From Flaccisagitta enflata (lineage: Eukaryota): 64,000 nt of DNA. A program made the translations under genes and the position numbers. The notes beneath the pieces are model-generated. The model searched no databases, was not told the DNA's origin, and saw nothing but the letters and a program-made list of their open reading frames with translations. Positions 15,781 through 31,650 of this stretch are shown piece after piece (positions within the stretch are counted from its first letter, which is position 1; each line of letters starts with the position of its first letter). The stretch covers positions 12,462,001 to 12,526,000 of the forward strand of contig OZ231126.1 in the NCBI GenBank assembly GCA_965153355.1. The letters are read 5' to 3'.

Positions 15781-16173
15781 CTCATTCTCTCTCTCATCTT
15801 TTGTAATTCATGATGAGTTGTTGAGAAGTTTTTCAACCATAACTGACCTAAACGGGAAATCTAACAAAATGGATCGCGCCCAGGTGTGCACGAGAGGAAG
15901 AAGGAAAATCTCATTTGCATATGCCAGTCTTGAGAGAAGAAGAGTAGGCTTCGTTCCTCTTTCTTCCTTTTTATATTTTTTTCATCTTTCTATCTTTTTC
16001 TTTCTCTTTTATCCCCCCGCAACATCATTTCTTTTTTTTTCTTTCCCTTGCCTTCTATCCCACGTCCTTTCTGTTTTCTGTCTTCCTCGCTTTTATTTTA
16101 TCTCTTTCAATATTTCTTTATGTAACCTAATCTTCTTATGCTTCCCTTCCCTCATTCTTTTTCTCATCTTTAA

Positions 16174-16175
16174 TT

Positions 16176-16251
<76 letters not shown>

Positions 16252-16264
16252 TTTTTTCTTTCGT

Positions 16265-16315
<51 letters not shown>

Positions 16316-16570
16316 CTCTTCATTTTTCGTTCTTCCTTTTCTTCATTTTTCTTTATTTCTTTGTTTCTTTGTTTCTTTGTTTCTTTGTTTCTTTGTTTCT
16401 TTGTTTCTTTGCTTCTTTATTTCTTTGTTATTTGTTTCTTTGTTTCTTTGTTTCTTTGTTTGAAGAAGAAGAAGAAGAAGAAGAAGAAGAAAAAGAAAAA
16501 GAAAAAGAAAAAGAAAAAGAAAAAGAAAAAGAAGAAGAAGAAGAAGAAGAAGAAGAAAAAGAAGGAGAAA
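16174..16570. repeat. Compound (CTTT)n, (GTTTCTTT)n, (GAA)n/(GAAAAA)n microsatellite
   Basis: Read directly from the sequence. Confidence 0.95.
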
Positions 16571-17041
16571 AAATAAAAAGACATTGAACTAAGGTAATCT
16601 ACTACAGCTGCGCTTAACAAGAGCACGCAAGGGATTTGACAAATTTGTGCTTTGCAGTAAAGCTGCTTCATTTTCAATAAAGAAATATCTATGATAGTCT
16701 ATGAAATAACTATAAAAATCCTAAAATTACTTTTTAGGCGGGTATGCCTTAATAGCGGATGCGGTCTAGTGAGGTTAAACTGTAAAATGAATATCAATTA
16801 TCATTCAGGCGTAGCAAATTTTCCCCTTCTAGCTTCTGTTCCCCTTTCAAAAAAACCGAAAGAATGTCTGTTCAGAACAATGAAGGAGGTTTGGCCATGA
16901 ATTGTTACCGCTCCGAATACTGAATTCGAATAGATCAATAAATAATTATGAACACAACGAAGAAGGGAAGAAATGAGGGAAAAACTAGTAAGACAGAGAG
17001 AATGGAAATGATAAAAAAACAGTGAAAGAAAGTGAAAACAA

Positions 17042-17083
<42 letters not shown>

Positions 17084-17132
17084 CAGAAAGAAAGAAAGAA
17101 TGAAAGAGAGAGAAAAAGAGCGGAAATGCTAA

Positions 17133-17386
17133 AACAAGTGACGCGGGGGTCACAATATCGTTGCGGACGGGTGGGCAGGGGCAGCCAACCCCCAGCCTTG
17201 CCCAAACCCCCTTCCCACACACTAACATACACCCACACACATTCAATGACAGCTGCAGCATCGTAAAATGCGCGTTTCTCGCGTTTTCAACTCGAGCGTG
17301 ACGGACCAACCAACCGACGGACGGACGGACGGACGGACGGACGGACGGACGGACAAAGCCTCTTATAGAGTTGCGTGTCCGCAACT
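17133..17386 (-). mobile_element. HINE-like element (AGTTGCG subfamily)
   Basis: Subterminal GTTGCGGAC is inverted relative to terminal GTCCGCAACT. (GGAC)n tract, A-run flanks, no TSD. Confidence 0.75.
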
Positions 17387-17702
17387 AAAAAGGTAAGAAA
17401 AAAAAAAGCAGGATAGAAGGAAAGGTAGTGAGTAGAAAAGTTTAGTTTAGTTTAGTTTAGTTTTGTTTAGCCTTAGGAAGACTCTAGGAGTCTCATTAAA
17501 AAAGGCCATCGTATTCATTAAAAAGTAAAACTTTGAAACCCACGGCATGCACACCAAGGAAAATTAAAAAATGAAGTTAAAAGAATAAAAGATAAAAGAA
17601 AGAATAGAAGAAAGGATTGTTTTCATATTCCATTACCTACAGCGACTTTGATAGGGGGTGGTTCCAGGTGGGGTTCAGGACATGTATGACCAAATGAATT
17701 AC

Positions 17703-19061
<1,359 letters not shown>

Positions 19062-19819
19062 TAGAAAAGAATATCAAAGATAGGTCGTTTTTCGATCATT
19101 TTGTTGCAACACCCGTGCATTAAATCAAAGTAGTCGCGTGCTCCGCAACTCTAGAAGTAATTCTGTTCGTCGCTGCGCCTGTCGGTCGGTTCGTCAGTCC
19201 ATCAGTCATCAGTCATTTTCATATTTTTTTTCCCGTCATGGACATATGAAAGTGTTCAGGCACACGCGACATTCTCATGAACATGTTTTTGAAGAAATCA
19301 TTCGTTTGATCGTTTTCTGTTAAAACCAACTGTTGGCAATGAGAGGCCCTCAATGTTTAACCGTTGCCATTAAACTGGTCAATCTTTCGCGCTATTATCA
19401 TTTTAACTATGAAATTCTCGACGCCAGTGTGGGCAATCTATCTTCGTTAGAAACAGAATATTTATCATCACGCTTCAGAAGTTACTCGTAATGTGTCATT
19501 TCTTTGTGTATAATTTGTTTTATGTTCACTTTTATGGAGTAGTAACCGATCAAGTTATAGCAATAAAACAATGTAGATAAGGTTAAAATAGTGTTAAATT
19601 GTGGGGAAACTCTATTATAGACAGGCCTGATCTTTTATTTTGCGCTACATGTTTCTCATGTGAATAAACTGGATATATTTCAGTGATCAATTCACGTATG
19701 GGATCGGAGGAAGGAAGAAAGAAATAGGATACATTTGAGAAGGTGTTCAGCGGACGGCGCAGTCTGGAATAGTGAAAAAAAGACAAAGGAAAGGGTGGTG
19801 GGGGTAAGGTTGGGAAGTA

Positions 19820-19996
19820 CAGTTAAACCCCGCAATAACGGATGCCAAGGGACCAACAAATTTTATCCACTATAGGCGGATTTCCCTTATAGCCAACATA
19901 GAAATTAAAGAAAATTCATATGAAGGGACCAAATTCTTGGATTTGTTATAGGCGGATTTCCGTTACTCTTGGATCCGTTATAGCGGGGTTTAACTG
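19820..19996 (+). mobile_element. 177-bp pogo/Tigger-like MITE
   Basis: TIR CAGTTAAACCCCGC(A/T)ATAACGGAT with TA on both sides (19818-19819, 19997-19998). Confidence 0.9.
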
Positions 19997-19997
19997 T

Positions 19998-20124
19998 ACA
20001 AATCTAAGAACTTGGTCCCTTCATATAGATTTCCTTTAATTTCTATGTTGGCTATAAGGGATATCCGCCTATAGTGGATAAAACTTGTTGGTCCCTTGGC
20101 ATCCGTTATTGCGGGGTTTAACTG
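19998..20124 (-). mobile_element. Partial inverted second copy of the same MITE
   Basis: Reverse complement of roughly the first 127 bp of 19820-19996, ending ...GGGGTTTAACTG-TA. Confidence 0.88.
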
Positions 20125-20686
20125 TACCTCGAAACGGTATCATAACTTTTAATGGTCTTTATGTCGAAACTTTTCTCAAACAGCGTTTACGATTGACCCC
20201 GAATGTTTCCCTCAGTTTTACATTCATTTTTTGAGAGAAGAAGACTTTTTTGTTGTTGCTTTTTGTCCGCCAGAAAAAACAGATATAGTTTTATCGCTCT
20301 TCCTGTGCCTTCTTTTCTTTCTGTCTTTCCTCCTGTAAACCCTTCTACCTGTCTGTTTGTCTAACCGCCTGCCTATCTGTTTTTCTGTCTCTGTATCTGT
20401 GCCCCTGTAATTTATTCGTATTTGATTTGTACGTCTGATTTTGTTTCCTTGTTTTTATGTTTCTCTCTTTCGTTGTCACTCCATCCTCGTTTGTTTGCTT
20501 GTTTGCTTGTTTGTTTGTTTGTTTGTTTGTTTGTTTGTTTGTTTGTTTGTTTGTTTCAAATAACATCTCCTTCATTCTCCCCCAAAAATTCAAAACTAAA
20601 ATTACAGCAAAACTAGACTGTTTTCATCTCGTTTCATTCCTTCATTTTCTTCGCCGGCGACCTTATTATCATCGTAACCTCAAATA

Positions 20687-20852
20687 CAGTTAAACCCCGC
20701 AATAACGGATGCCAAGGGACCAACAAATTTTATCCACTATAGGCGGATTTCCCTTATAGCCAACATAGAAATTAAAGAAAATTTATATGAAGGGACCAAG
20801 TTCTTGGATTTGTTATAGACGGATTTCCGTTACTCTTGGATCCGTTATAGCG
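20687..20852 (+). mobile_element. Third copy of the same MITE, missing the last ~12 bp and followed by (GTC)n
   Basis: Near-identical to 19820-19985 and preceded by TA. Confidence 0.88.
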
Positions 20853-20892
20853 TTATACGTCATAATCATCTCCGTCGTCATCGTCGTCGTTG

Positions 20893-20981
<89 letters not shown>

Positions 20982-21082
20982 ATCTCCGTCTTGAAAGTCA
21001 TGTGCGTTGTGTGCATTTGCCTCGGTCGCGAAGCCTGAACGGGAAAAACGGGGGCGGATTATTACCCAATTGGCACGCAAGG

Positions 21083-21330
21083 TGGTCCTAACCAAGATGA
21101 GCTAGAAATGCAAAGGAATGGGGATTGAGAATAGGGGTAGATACGGAGGAGAGGGGGGTGGGTGATATACGAAGTGGTCCTAACCAAGATGAGCTAGAAA
21201 TGCAAAGGAATGGGGATTGAGAATAGGGGTAGATGTGGGGGTGAGGGGGGGGGGGTGATACGGGAAGTGTACCTAACCAAGACGAGCTACAAATGCGAAG
21301 GAAAGTTGGATTGAGAATAGATATAGACAT
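21083..21330. repeat. ~92-bp tandem repeat, ~2.5-3 copies
   Basis: CCTAACCAAGA(T/C)GAGCTA(G/C)AAATGC recurs three times. Confidence 0.8.
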
Positions 21331-21700
21331 AGGGGAAAGGGGGGGGGTTGATGTAGAAGGTGTAGAAGTTGTAACATTTCTGCTTCGATAAATCATCCAG
21401 CATAATGGTTATGCAATTGAGGGAAGGGAGGATCTGGCTAAATTGGGAACTGCTGCGAGGTTGCAATATTTGCAATATTTGCAATATTTGCAACAGCAAA
21501 ATAAAAACCGGATAGGCGATATGCATGTATTGACTTTTGGTCATAACTTGGCCTTTTTACCTTCCGTAAGAAAAAAGCATTACAGTATAGAATGTTGTTT
21601 GTTTCTTCAGTCTAAATCCGAGCCGCTGACGGTCTGTCTGTCTGCCTATCTGTCTAACTGTTTGTTTGACTGTCTGTCTGTGCGTCTGTCTGACTGTCCA

Positions 21701-21800
<100 letters not shown>

Positions 21801-22034
21801 TCTCTTCCCATCAAGTTGGAACGTCATAATTCGTGGGGAAAGTGGGTTTTTGACAGATGGACTGTTAAAGGGGCGGAAAGAAGGTAGGACTAAGGTGGAT
21901 TGAGGGGGCGGTGGCAGAAGATACTGAGGAGGACAATGATGAGGGAGAGGAGGATGAGGAAGAGGAGGAGGAGGTGAAGGAGGAGGAGGAGGTGAAGGAG
22001 GAGGAGGAGATAAAGTGGAAAAGGAAATGGAAGA

Positions 22035-22572
22035 AACTAGTCATCCAAGGATCGCACATGGTCAGCGGTACCCGATGCCCTGCTGGGAGTGATCCAGTGA
22101 AGAAATGGAGTGAGAGCAGGGCAGCGGCCCCAAAGGGCCGATGTCCTGTAGAACACAGGGGGGAATTTCCATACGTCCTGAGGAGGCACATTTCTGGCAA
22201 TAGATGACTGATTTAGGCCAAAGAAGGCATATTTGAAGGCTGGAGGGCAGAATTGAGGCTTTGAGAGTGGATTTGAGGTTTGGAGGGCAAATTTGAGCCA
22301 CAGAGGGCTGATTTGATGCTTGGAGGCCTAGTTGAAGGTCTGGAGGGCAGATCTGAGGTCTGTAGGGCAGATTTGAGGCGGGGGGGGGGGGGGCTGATTT
22401 GAAGCCTAGAAGGCTGATTTGAGGCCTGGAGGGCTAAATTTAGGGCTGGGAGGGCAAATTTGAGGCCTTGATGGCCAACGGGGGGGGGGGACGGACGGAC
22501 GGACGGACGGACGGACGTATGGAAATTCCCCCCTGTGTTCTACAGGACATCGGCCCTTTGGGGCCGCTGCCC
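22035..22572 (-). mobile_element. HINE-like element, GGGCAGCGGCCCC family, with long subterminal IRs and a ~20-bp minisatellite core
   Basis: Perfect 60-bp inverted repeat 22119-22178 / 22513-22572. An asymmetric ~85-bp extension carries TGGTCAGCGGTACCCGATGCCC. (GGAC)n tract and A-run flank. Confidence 0.8.
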
Positions 22573-23069
22573 AAAAAGAAGCTTGAAGATGCAAAAGGGG
22601 AAAAAGAAAAGGAAAATAAAAGGAGAAAAATGGGAGGAAAACTAATGAAGGCGAAAAACTATTACGGCTATTTGACGGAGGCAGAAACAGGAGAAGAAAA
22701 TGGAGAGGGAGAGTGGAGGGAGGGAGGGATAGGAGGAGGAGGAGGAGGAGGCAGAGGAGGACAACAAGAAAAACAAAGAAAGAAAAAAAGAGAAGAAGAA
22801 GAAGAAGAAGAAGAAAACGAAAAAGTAAAAGAAAAACTAAAAGAAAAAAAAAAAAGAAAAAGAAGAAGAAGAAGAAGAAGAAGAAGAAGAAGAAAAAGAA
22901 AAAGAAAAAGAAAAAGAAAAAGAAAAAGAAAAAGAAAAAGAAAAAGAAGAAGAAAAGGAACATGGAGAGGAGGAAAGAGAAGGAGAAGGAGAAGGAGAAG
23001 GAGAAGGGGGGCAGGGGGCATATTTGAGGTCACTAAACCTTTTGGGCAGGAGCAGTGAGGTCCAAAAAT

Positions 23070-23530
23070 AACAGGTCGCCCAAGGGCAATATGTGGTCAG
23101 CGATACCCGTTGCCCTGCTTTGCATGATTGTAAATTGGAATGAGAGGAAGCAGGGCAGCGGCCCCAAAGGGGACAAAGTCCTGTAGAACACAGGGGGACT
23201 TTTGTTTGTCCATTCGTCCGTCCGTCAGTCCCCCCAGGCCGTCTCAGGCCTGAAATCTGCCCTCTCAGGCCTTGAATCTGTAAGGGCAGATCTACGGCCT
23301 GAGAAAGCAGATTTCAGGCCTGAGAAAGCAGATTTCAGGCCTGAGAAAGCAGATTCAAGGCCTGAGAGGGCAGATTTCAAGCCTGAGAGGGCAGATTTCA
23401 GGCCTGAGAGGGCAGATTTTAGGCCTGAGAGGACCTGGGGGGATTAACCAACAAACAACAAACGGACAAACGGACGAACAAAAGTCCACCTGCGTTCTAC
23501 AGGACTTCATCTCCTTCCGGGTTGCTGCTG
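23070..23530 (-). mobile_element. GGGCAGCGGCCCC-family element with a 21-bp minisatellite
   Basis: Same IRs and extension as 22035-22572. Unit TTTCAGGCCTGAGAGGGCAGA. Confidence 0.78.
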
Positions 23531-23540
23531 AAAAACCATA

Positions 23541-24000
23541 AACAGGTTGCACAAGGGCAATATGTGGTCAGTGATACCCGTTGCCCTGCTTTGTGTGATT
23601 GTGGAATAGAGTGAGAGGAAGCAGGGCAGCGGCCCTGAAGGGGACGAAGTCCTGTAGAACACAGGGGGACTTTGGTTCGTCATTCCATCTGTCCGTCCGT
23701 CCGTTACCCCCAGGCCCTCTTAGGTCCAAAATCTGCCCTCTCAGGCCTGAAATTTACCCTCTCCGGCCTGAAATCTGCCCTCTCAGGCCTTGAATCTGTG
23801 AGGCCAGATTTCAAGCCTTAAAGGACAGATTTCAGGCCTGAGAGGGCAGATTTCAGGCCTGAGAAGATAAGTTTCAGGCCTGAGAGGGCAGATTTCAGGC
23901 CTGAGAGGGCCTGGGGGGGACGCATGGACGAACGGACTGAATGACGAACAAAAGTCCCCCTGTGTTCTACAGGACTTTGTCCCCTTTGGGGCCGATGCCC
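23541..24000 (-). mobile_element. GGGCAGCGGCCCC-family element with a 21-bp minisatellite
   Basis: Diverged sister of 23070-23530. Confidence 0.78.
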
Positions 24001-24151
24001 AAAAAAGTAAAGTGTGACCGACCAACCGACCGACCTTCCGACGGACAAAGCCGGGGGGTCGCGTGCACGCGACTAAAAAACGGTTGGAAAGTGAAGCTGG
24101 TTGATGGAAACGAAGGAAGCCCGTGAAAATACAACGGAGCCAAATGGTGTA

Positions 24152-24241
<90 letters not shown>

Positions 24242-24242
24242 A

Positions 24243-24297
<55 letters not shown>

Positions 24298-24432
24298 GAG
24301 AGAGAGACAGAGAAAGAGAGACAGAGAGAGAGACAGAGAGAGATAGAGAGAGAGAGACAAAGAGAGAGAGAGACAAAGAGAGAGATAGACAGACAGAGAA
24401 AGAGAGCTTGTGAATGAAGCATGAGAATGACC

Positions 24433-25127
24433 AATAGTCGCAAAAGCGTTAGATGGTCAGCGGTACCCGTTGCCCCTATGAGAGTGTATGTGGGTGTGTG
24501 GTGGTTAGAGGGGCAGCGGCCCCGAAGGGGCCGATGACCTATGCTGTTTTTGTTTGAGCCTCAAGGCTGGGATTAGGGCCTGGAGGCTGTAATTGGGGCC
24601 TTGAGACTGGGATTTGAGCCTTGAGGCTAAGATTTGAGCTTTGAGGCTGGGATTTGAGGCTCGACACTAGGATTTGGGCCTTAAGACTAGGATTGAGACT
24701 CAAGGCTGGAATTTGAGCCTTAAGGCTGGGAATTGAGCCAAGAGGCTGGGATTTCAGCCTCAAGGCTGGGATTTGAGCCAAGAGGCTGAAATTCAGGCCT
24801 TGAGGCTGGGATTTGAGCCTCAAGACTGGGATTTGAGCCCCAGGCTGGGATTTGAGCCTCAAGACTGGGATTTGAGCCTCATGGCTGGGATTTGAGCCTC
24901 AAGACTGGGATTTGAGCCTCGAGACTGGGATTTGAGCCTCGGGACTGGGATTTGAGCCTTGACAGGGATTTGTGCCTTGAGACTAGGATTTGAGCCTTGA
25001 AGCTAGGATTTGGGTCTTGAAGCTAGGATTTGGGCCTCCAGGGGGGGAAGTAGGAGGAGGAGGAGGAGAAGAAGAAATTTCTCCTGTGTGAAAGCATAGG
25101 TCATCGGCCCCTTTGGGGCCGCTGCCC
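24433..25127 (-). mobile_element. GGGCAGCGGCCCC-family element (GATGACCTATG subfamily) with a 20-bp minisatellite
   Basis: IR GGGCAGCGGCCCCGAAGGGGCCGATGACCTATGCT vs AGCATAGGTCATCGGCCCCTTTGGGGCCGCTGCCC. Core (GCTGGGATTTGAGCCTCAAG)n. Confidence 0.8.
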
Positions 25128-25636
25128 AAAAAGTAGGAACGTTCTTTTTTCATGCCTGATGATCTGCACTACCGACAAGTAGAACTTAAGGAGATGTTGG
25201 ATTTTTGTGTGTAGATCGTAGTGAAGTAAACGACGTCACGACTAAACAACAACGAGGCGTTGTAAGTCGCTCTGAGGCCGCGGTAAACGATAGACCATGA
25301 AACATACCTGTCACTGTTTAATGATTTGAACAATTATTCCGTGATTTGACCGAGGTTTTTGCCTATTAAATCTGAACGAACTAATTAGATTCAAAGTTGT
25401 AATCTTTTAACAGTTGTGACAACCCATTAGACAAGTAGAAGGGTATATTCTGGAGAATCCTTGACCTTGACCATCGGAGGACTGGTTAGGAGCCGGTGTA
25501 AATCAAACTTGATACAGTATCTCTTCGTGGGCCTCAAAGCCGACGTTATTCAATATCTGGGTTTTAGCATGCGTTACGGGTGAACACGGTAAAGAACTGC
25601 AAAATTGAATGTTGAAAAGGGAGAAAAGGCAGAAAT

Positions 25637-25949
25637 AACAAGCCCGACCGGGCAAAGATGCGTCCGGGCTGTATCTCAGCGTGTATTGATCATGTGACAT
25701 ATGTATGGAGAGACAGATGGACGAACAGACGGGTGAAAAGACTCCCAAAACATGTTGGTTGATCATTTGTTTCAGTGTAGGATCTCACCGTGGCCAAAAA
25801 CAGCCGAGAAACGCGGTTTTTGCACCGGCGTAACGGACCGACGGACGGACGGACGAACGGACGGAACGACGGATGTACCGACGGACGGACGGACGGACCG
25901 ACGGACGGACAGACCCTCTTATAGAGATGCGTTCCTGACGGACGCATCT
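25637..25949 (-). mobile_element. HINE-like element (AGATGCGT subfamily)
   Basis: Terminal hairpin AGATGCGT-TCCTGACGG-ACGCATCT plus an A-run, distal AGATGCGTCC subterminal copy, (GGAC)n tract. Confidence 0.72.
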
Positions 25950-26222
25950 AAAAACGGAAAAATACAGGAATAGATATGGAAGAATGTAGGAGAAGGAAGA
26001 AGGAGCGAGATAATGGTAGGGAAATACAATAGAAGAATAACAAAAAAGAAAGAAAAGAAAAAAAAAAAGAATGGACGAAAGGAGAGAAAGAAAGGAGAGA
26101 AAGAAAGGAGGAAAGAAAAGGAGATTTCAAAAAAGGCTTTGGAAAAGAGAGAGATTTTCATGCGACAGACGCTGAAGGTGTGACTCTGTGCAAATGAGAA
26201 ACAGATATATTGAAGATGAGAC

Positions 26223-27636
<1,414 letters not shown>

Positions 27637-28224
27637 GATCGCCTATTAGCGTCATTCGACCTATTGCAAAAGAAGAAGAAGAAGAAGAGCAAGAAGAGCA
27701 AGAAAAATAGGAAGAACAACAAGAAGAACAAGAAGAAATAGAGATGGCCGCGACAAACGTCTCTCGCCATAAATGCGCGTTTTTTCGTGTTTTCAACTCG
27801 AGCGTGATAGAACGATGGACGGACAGAGCGACAGACAGCGGACCAACGGACGGACAAAGCCTCTTATAGAAAGGCGTGTCCACAAGTAAAAATGCAATCG
27901 AAGTCAAGATTAATAAACTTATTTGCATATTGCAGTTTTAAAATGACTGCTCTATTGTAATTTCGTCAATTTGGAATTCAGTCAGTTTGAGTTGGATTTA
28001 TGACTATGACTTTTTTTTCTTTAACATGAAAGACAAAAAAAAAATATTTTGCGCTTTTAAACGTTATCAACATCATCTTGTATTTCATTTAGCTTTCAGC
28101 GAATCAGATTTATATTGATGATCAATTAATTGTAAAAACTTAATTAACCGAAATATCATCTTACCCAAACCCATCATCGAGCGTCGCGATCTCATCTTGA
28201 AGCCGGCTTGAGATGACCTAGGCG

Positions 28225-29417
28225 CTCTTCTGCTAAACTGGCGATTTTGTCGCCATTTCTAGTGAATTTTGGGTCCTCCTAGCGAATTTCTCATCTAGTT
28301 CCCAGAGAATTATCTAGCGATTTTCTACATAATCTCTAGCTAATCTAGCTAATTCTGGCGAATTTTAGCGAATTTCAGCTAATTCTCTCCATTTTATCTA
28401 TGTATTTATCAAATTTTGGGCTTTCACCTATTTTGTATGAAACAAGGCCGGATACACGGCTACCAGAGTCAAGAAGGAAGAAAGAAGAAGAAATACTGAC
28501 TTGTATCATACCCGTTGAATATCCTCTGTGGGATATTATGAGAATTCGAGAACAAACTGTTTGCATTGCTTATTGCTATCAGCTCAGAACGCTATTCTTT
28601 ATCCCATTTTTTGTTTGCGGACACGCAACTCTATAAGATGCTTTCTCCGTCCATTGGTCCGTTGGTCGGTCCATCCGTTGGACCGTCCATCCGTCGGGCC
28701 GTCCGTCCATTGGTCCATCCAATAGACCGTAATGATCAAGTGGGAAAACGCGCTTTCCGCCCCTGTCCAGTGTGCCTAATAAGAGCGGAGGAGGGACCCA
28801 ATTGTCCCCCCCCCCCTCACAGCTCACATGGTTCCATCTATTTTCTCACTTGCAGAGGCGGTTGACACCTTAGGTGGATACAATTGGCGCCAATTTTTCA
28901 GACTTTGGGTGTGGTTTGGGGGGTTCAGGGTGGAAATTAAAAAATCGCCATGGTGACGTTAATTGTGTGCACCTATATTGTTAACCGCCATTGCAAGTGT
29001 GGAAATTATTTGAACCATGTGAGCTGTGAGGGGGCATGTAACACTTTGGGTCCCTCCTGCGCTCTTATTAGGGTCCTGTCTGTAGTCTCGATCACTTCTA
29101 TCAAAGACACAACACAAGAACACTGTGTCATATTTTGCCTTTTTTTCTCACATTTTTTGGTTAACTGGCAATGAATGCTGGATGATTATTCAAAATGAAT
29201 GTATTCAATCCTATCCAATTGTATGAAGTAGTAGCAGTTTACTTGTTCAAGAGCATTTTACTCTTGTTATGTGGATCGTTTTTTTTATTTATGGTCATCA
29301 GGTAAGCAAAGGAAAATCTAGCGAACTTCTAGCTAATTTGGAAAAAAAACTAGCAAATTCTAGCGATTTTTTAGGGGCTAAATAGCGAATTTTGAAAAGC
29401 CCAAGTTGGCACCATAG
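28225..29417. mobile_element. Old hAT-like non-autonomous element with nested insertions
   Basis: 8-bp direct repeat CCTAGGCG at 28217-28224 and 29418-29425. Right end AAGTTGGCACCATAG with a degenerate left counterpart. TCTAGCGA/CTAGCTAAT subterminal repeats at both ends. Confidence 0.7.
28768..29078. mobile_element. Tc1/mariner-like MITE
   Basis: Inverted repeats CCTAATAAGAGCG(G/C)AGGAGGGACCCAA and CCCCCTCACAGCTCACATGGTTC at both ends. Flanks read TC rather than TA. Confidence 0.8.
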
Positions 29418-30050
29418 CCTAGGCGCTAACGTGCCGCCCGCGTCACTACGTATTAGCTAGATCTCCGTAGCTCTGGGCAGCATATAGGAGAAAACAGTTC
29501 GGCAGTTAAAAAGAGTCGACAGGTATAGGAGTCGCTTGTTCGGTCACGAAAGGCCAGAATTACTCTTACAAGCCGCACAACATTTGTAATTCACTCACTG
29601 GTAAACAGAAACCAACCTCGTCACGGATCAATAAGCAAACATGTAGATAGACAGACTGACTGACCGAAAGAGACAAACAAATAAGATTCATTTATGTCGT
29701 CGAATTGAAACCTCGAAGGTTGATCTGTTTTGTTATACGAGACGATCCTTAGTTCTCTACTATCAATTCCAGCAGACAAATCGGATTTTTTCCATTTGAA
29801 ATTCCTGCGCAACAAGATAAAAAACATGATTTTTCCTGTAGGAATTGAATCTCATTCCTATCCTCTTAGTGGGGCAGATTTCTGTCACTGTTTGTTGGAA
29901 AGCGAAGAACGAGAAGTGTAAATAACGACAACAACAATAACACCAACAACATCAACAACAAAAAACAAAAACAAAAACAAAAACAAAAACAAAAACAAAA
30001 ACAAAAACAAAAACAAAAACAAAAACAAAAACAAAAACAAAAACAAAAAC

Positions 30051-30443
30051 AACAAGGCCAACACCTATAAGTCGCGTGCGAGATTTACAGGGGAAGAATG
30101 ACTTAGAATGACTTAGAATGACTTAGAATGACTTAGAATGACTTTAAATGTCCAAAAAGGACTTAAAATGACTAAAAAACCTAATGACCAAAAATGACTT
30201 GAAATAACTTAAAATGACTTGGAATGACTTAAAATGACTTAGAATGACTCAAAATAACTTAAAATAACTATTAATGACTAAAAAAGACTTAAAATGACTT
30301 AAGAGTTGATGTTATACTACAATAAAAGTAAAGTGTGACGGACCGACGGACGGACGGACGGACCGACGGACGGACGGACGGACCGACGGACGGACCGACG
30401 GACGGACCGACAAAGCGGGGTGTAGAGTCGCGTGCACGCGACT
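30051..30443 (-). mobile_element. HINE-like element (AGTCGCG subfamily) with a 10-bp central tandem repeat, inside an (AAAAAC)n tract
   Basis: AGTCGCGTGC subterminal copy, (AATGACTTAG)n, (GGAC)n, terminal AGTCGCGTGCACGCGACT. (AAAAAC)n on both sides. Confidence 0.78.
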
Positions 30444-30631
30444 AAAAACAAAAACAAAAACAAGAACAAAAAAAAAAAACCAAAACCAAAAACAAAAAAA
30501 ACAAAAACAAAAACAAAAACAAAACAAAGACAAAAACAAAAAAAACACAACCACATCCACAACCACAACCACAACCATTACCACAACCACAACAACAACA
30601 ACAATAACTACAACAACAATAACAATAACAA

Positions 30632-30721
<90 letters not shown>

Positions 30722-30916
30722 AGAATAGGAAGGCGAAAATCGTGTCAGTGTTCAAAATCAAGTTTCAAAAAAAAAATGTAATTATCTTTTTGAACATGAA
30801 AAGAACGAAAAAAAAAAAAATAAAAGAGTTCTTGGCTCTCTAACAGGCTAAACGTATTCTTCACTTGTTATACCTAGCACTTACATAACAAACTTCAAAT
30901 TAGTCACTTGAAATCA

Positions 30917-30966
<50 letters not shown>

Positions 30967-31190
30967 CTTGTATTTGCTCTTTTTTTTTATCTCTAGATGG
31001 TTTCATTTTTATCTGTAGAGAAGCTTTGCTGGTGGCATTGCTTTCGGTCATATATTATTTGATATCTTTGTTCAGCTCTTTATTTATTCTTGTCTTTTTC
31101 TGTCTGTCATTCTGCCTATCTGTCATTTTGTCTGTTTGTCATTCTGTCTGTCTGTCTGTCATTCTGTCTGTCTCTGTCATTCTGTCTGTC

Positions 31191-31242
<52 letters not shown>

Positions 31243-31377
31243 CCTTTTGTTTATATTGCCTCCATTATCACAATCCTACGAAAGGTTTCCCTGCGCTTAG
31301 GCGATACTTCACACAGAATCATCATCTTTTTAAGTTTTTCAAACTCTGTCGTTATCTCCCTCCTACTTGGTGCTATC

Positions 31378-31650
<273 letters not shown>

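Larger units (their letters stand above)
23007..24074 (-). mobile_element. HINE-like element (AGTCGCG subfamily) split by two nested insertions
   Basis: Pieces 23007-23069, 23531-23540 and 24001-24074 join to a sequence colinear with the uninterrupted copy at 32382-32564. Confidence 0.75.
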
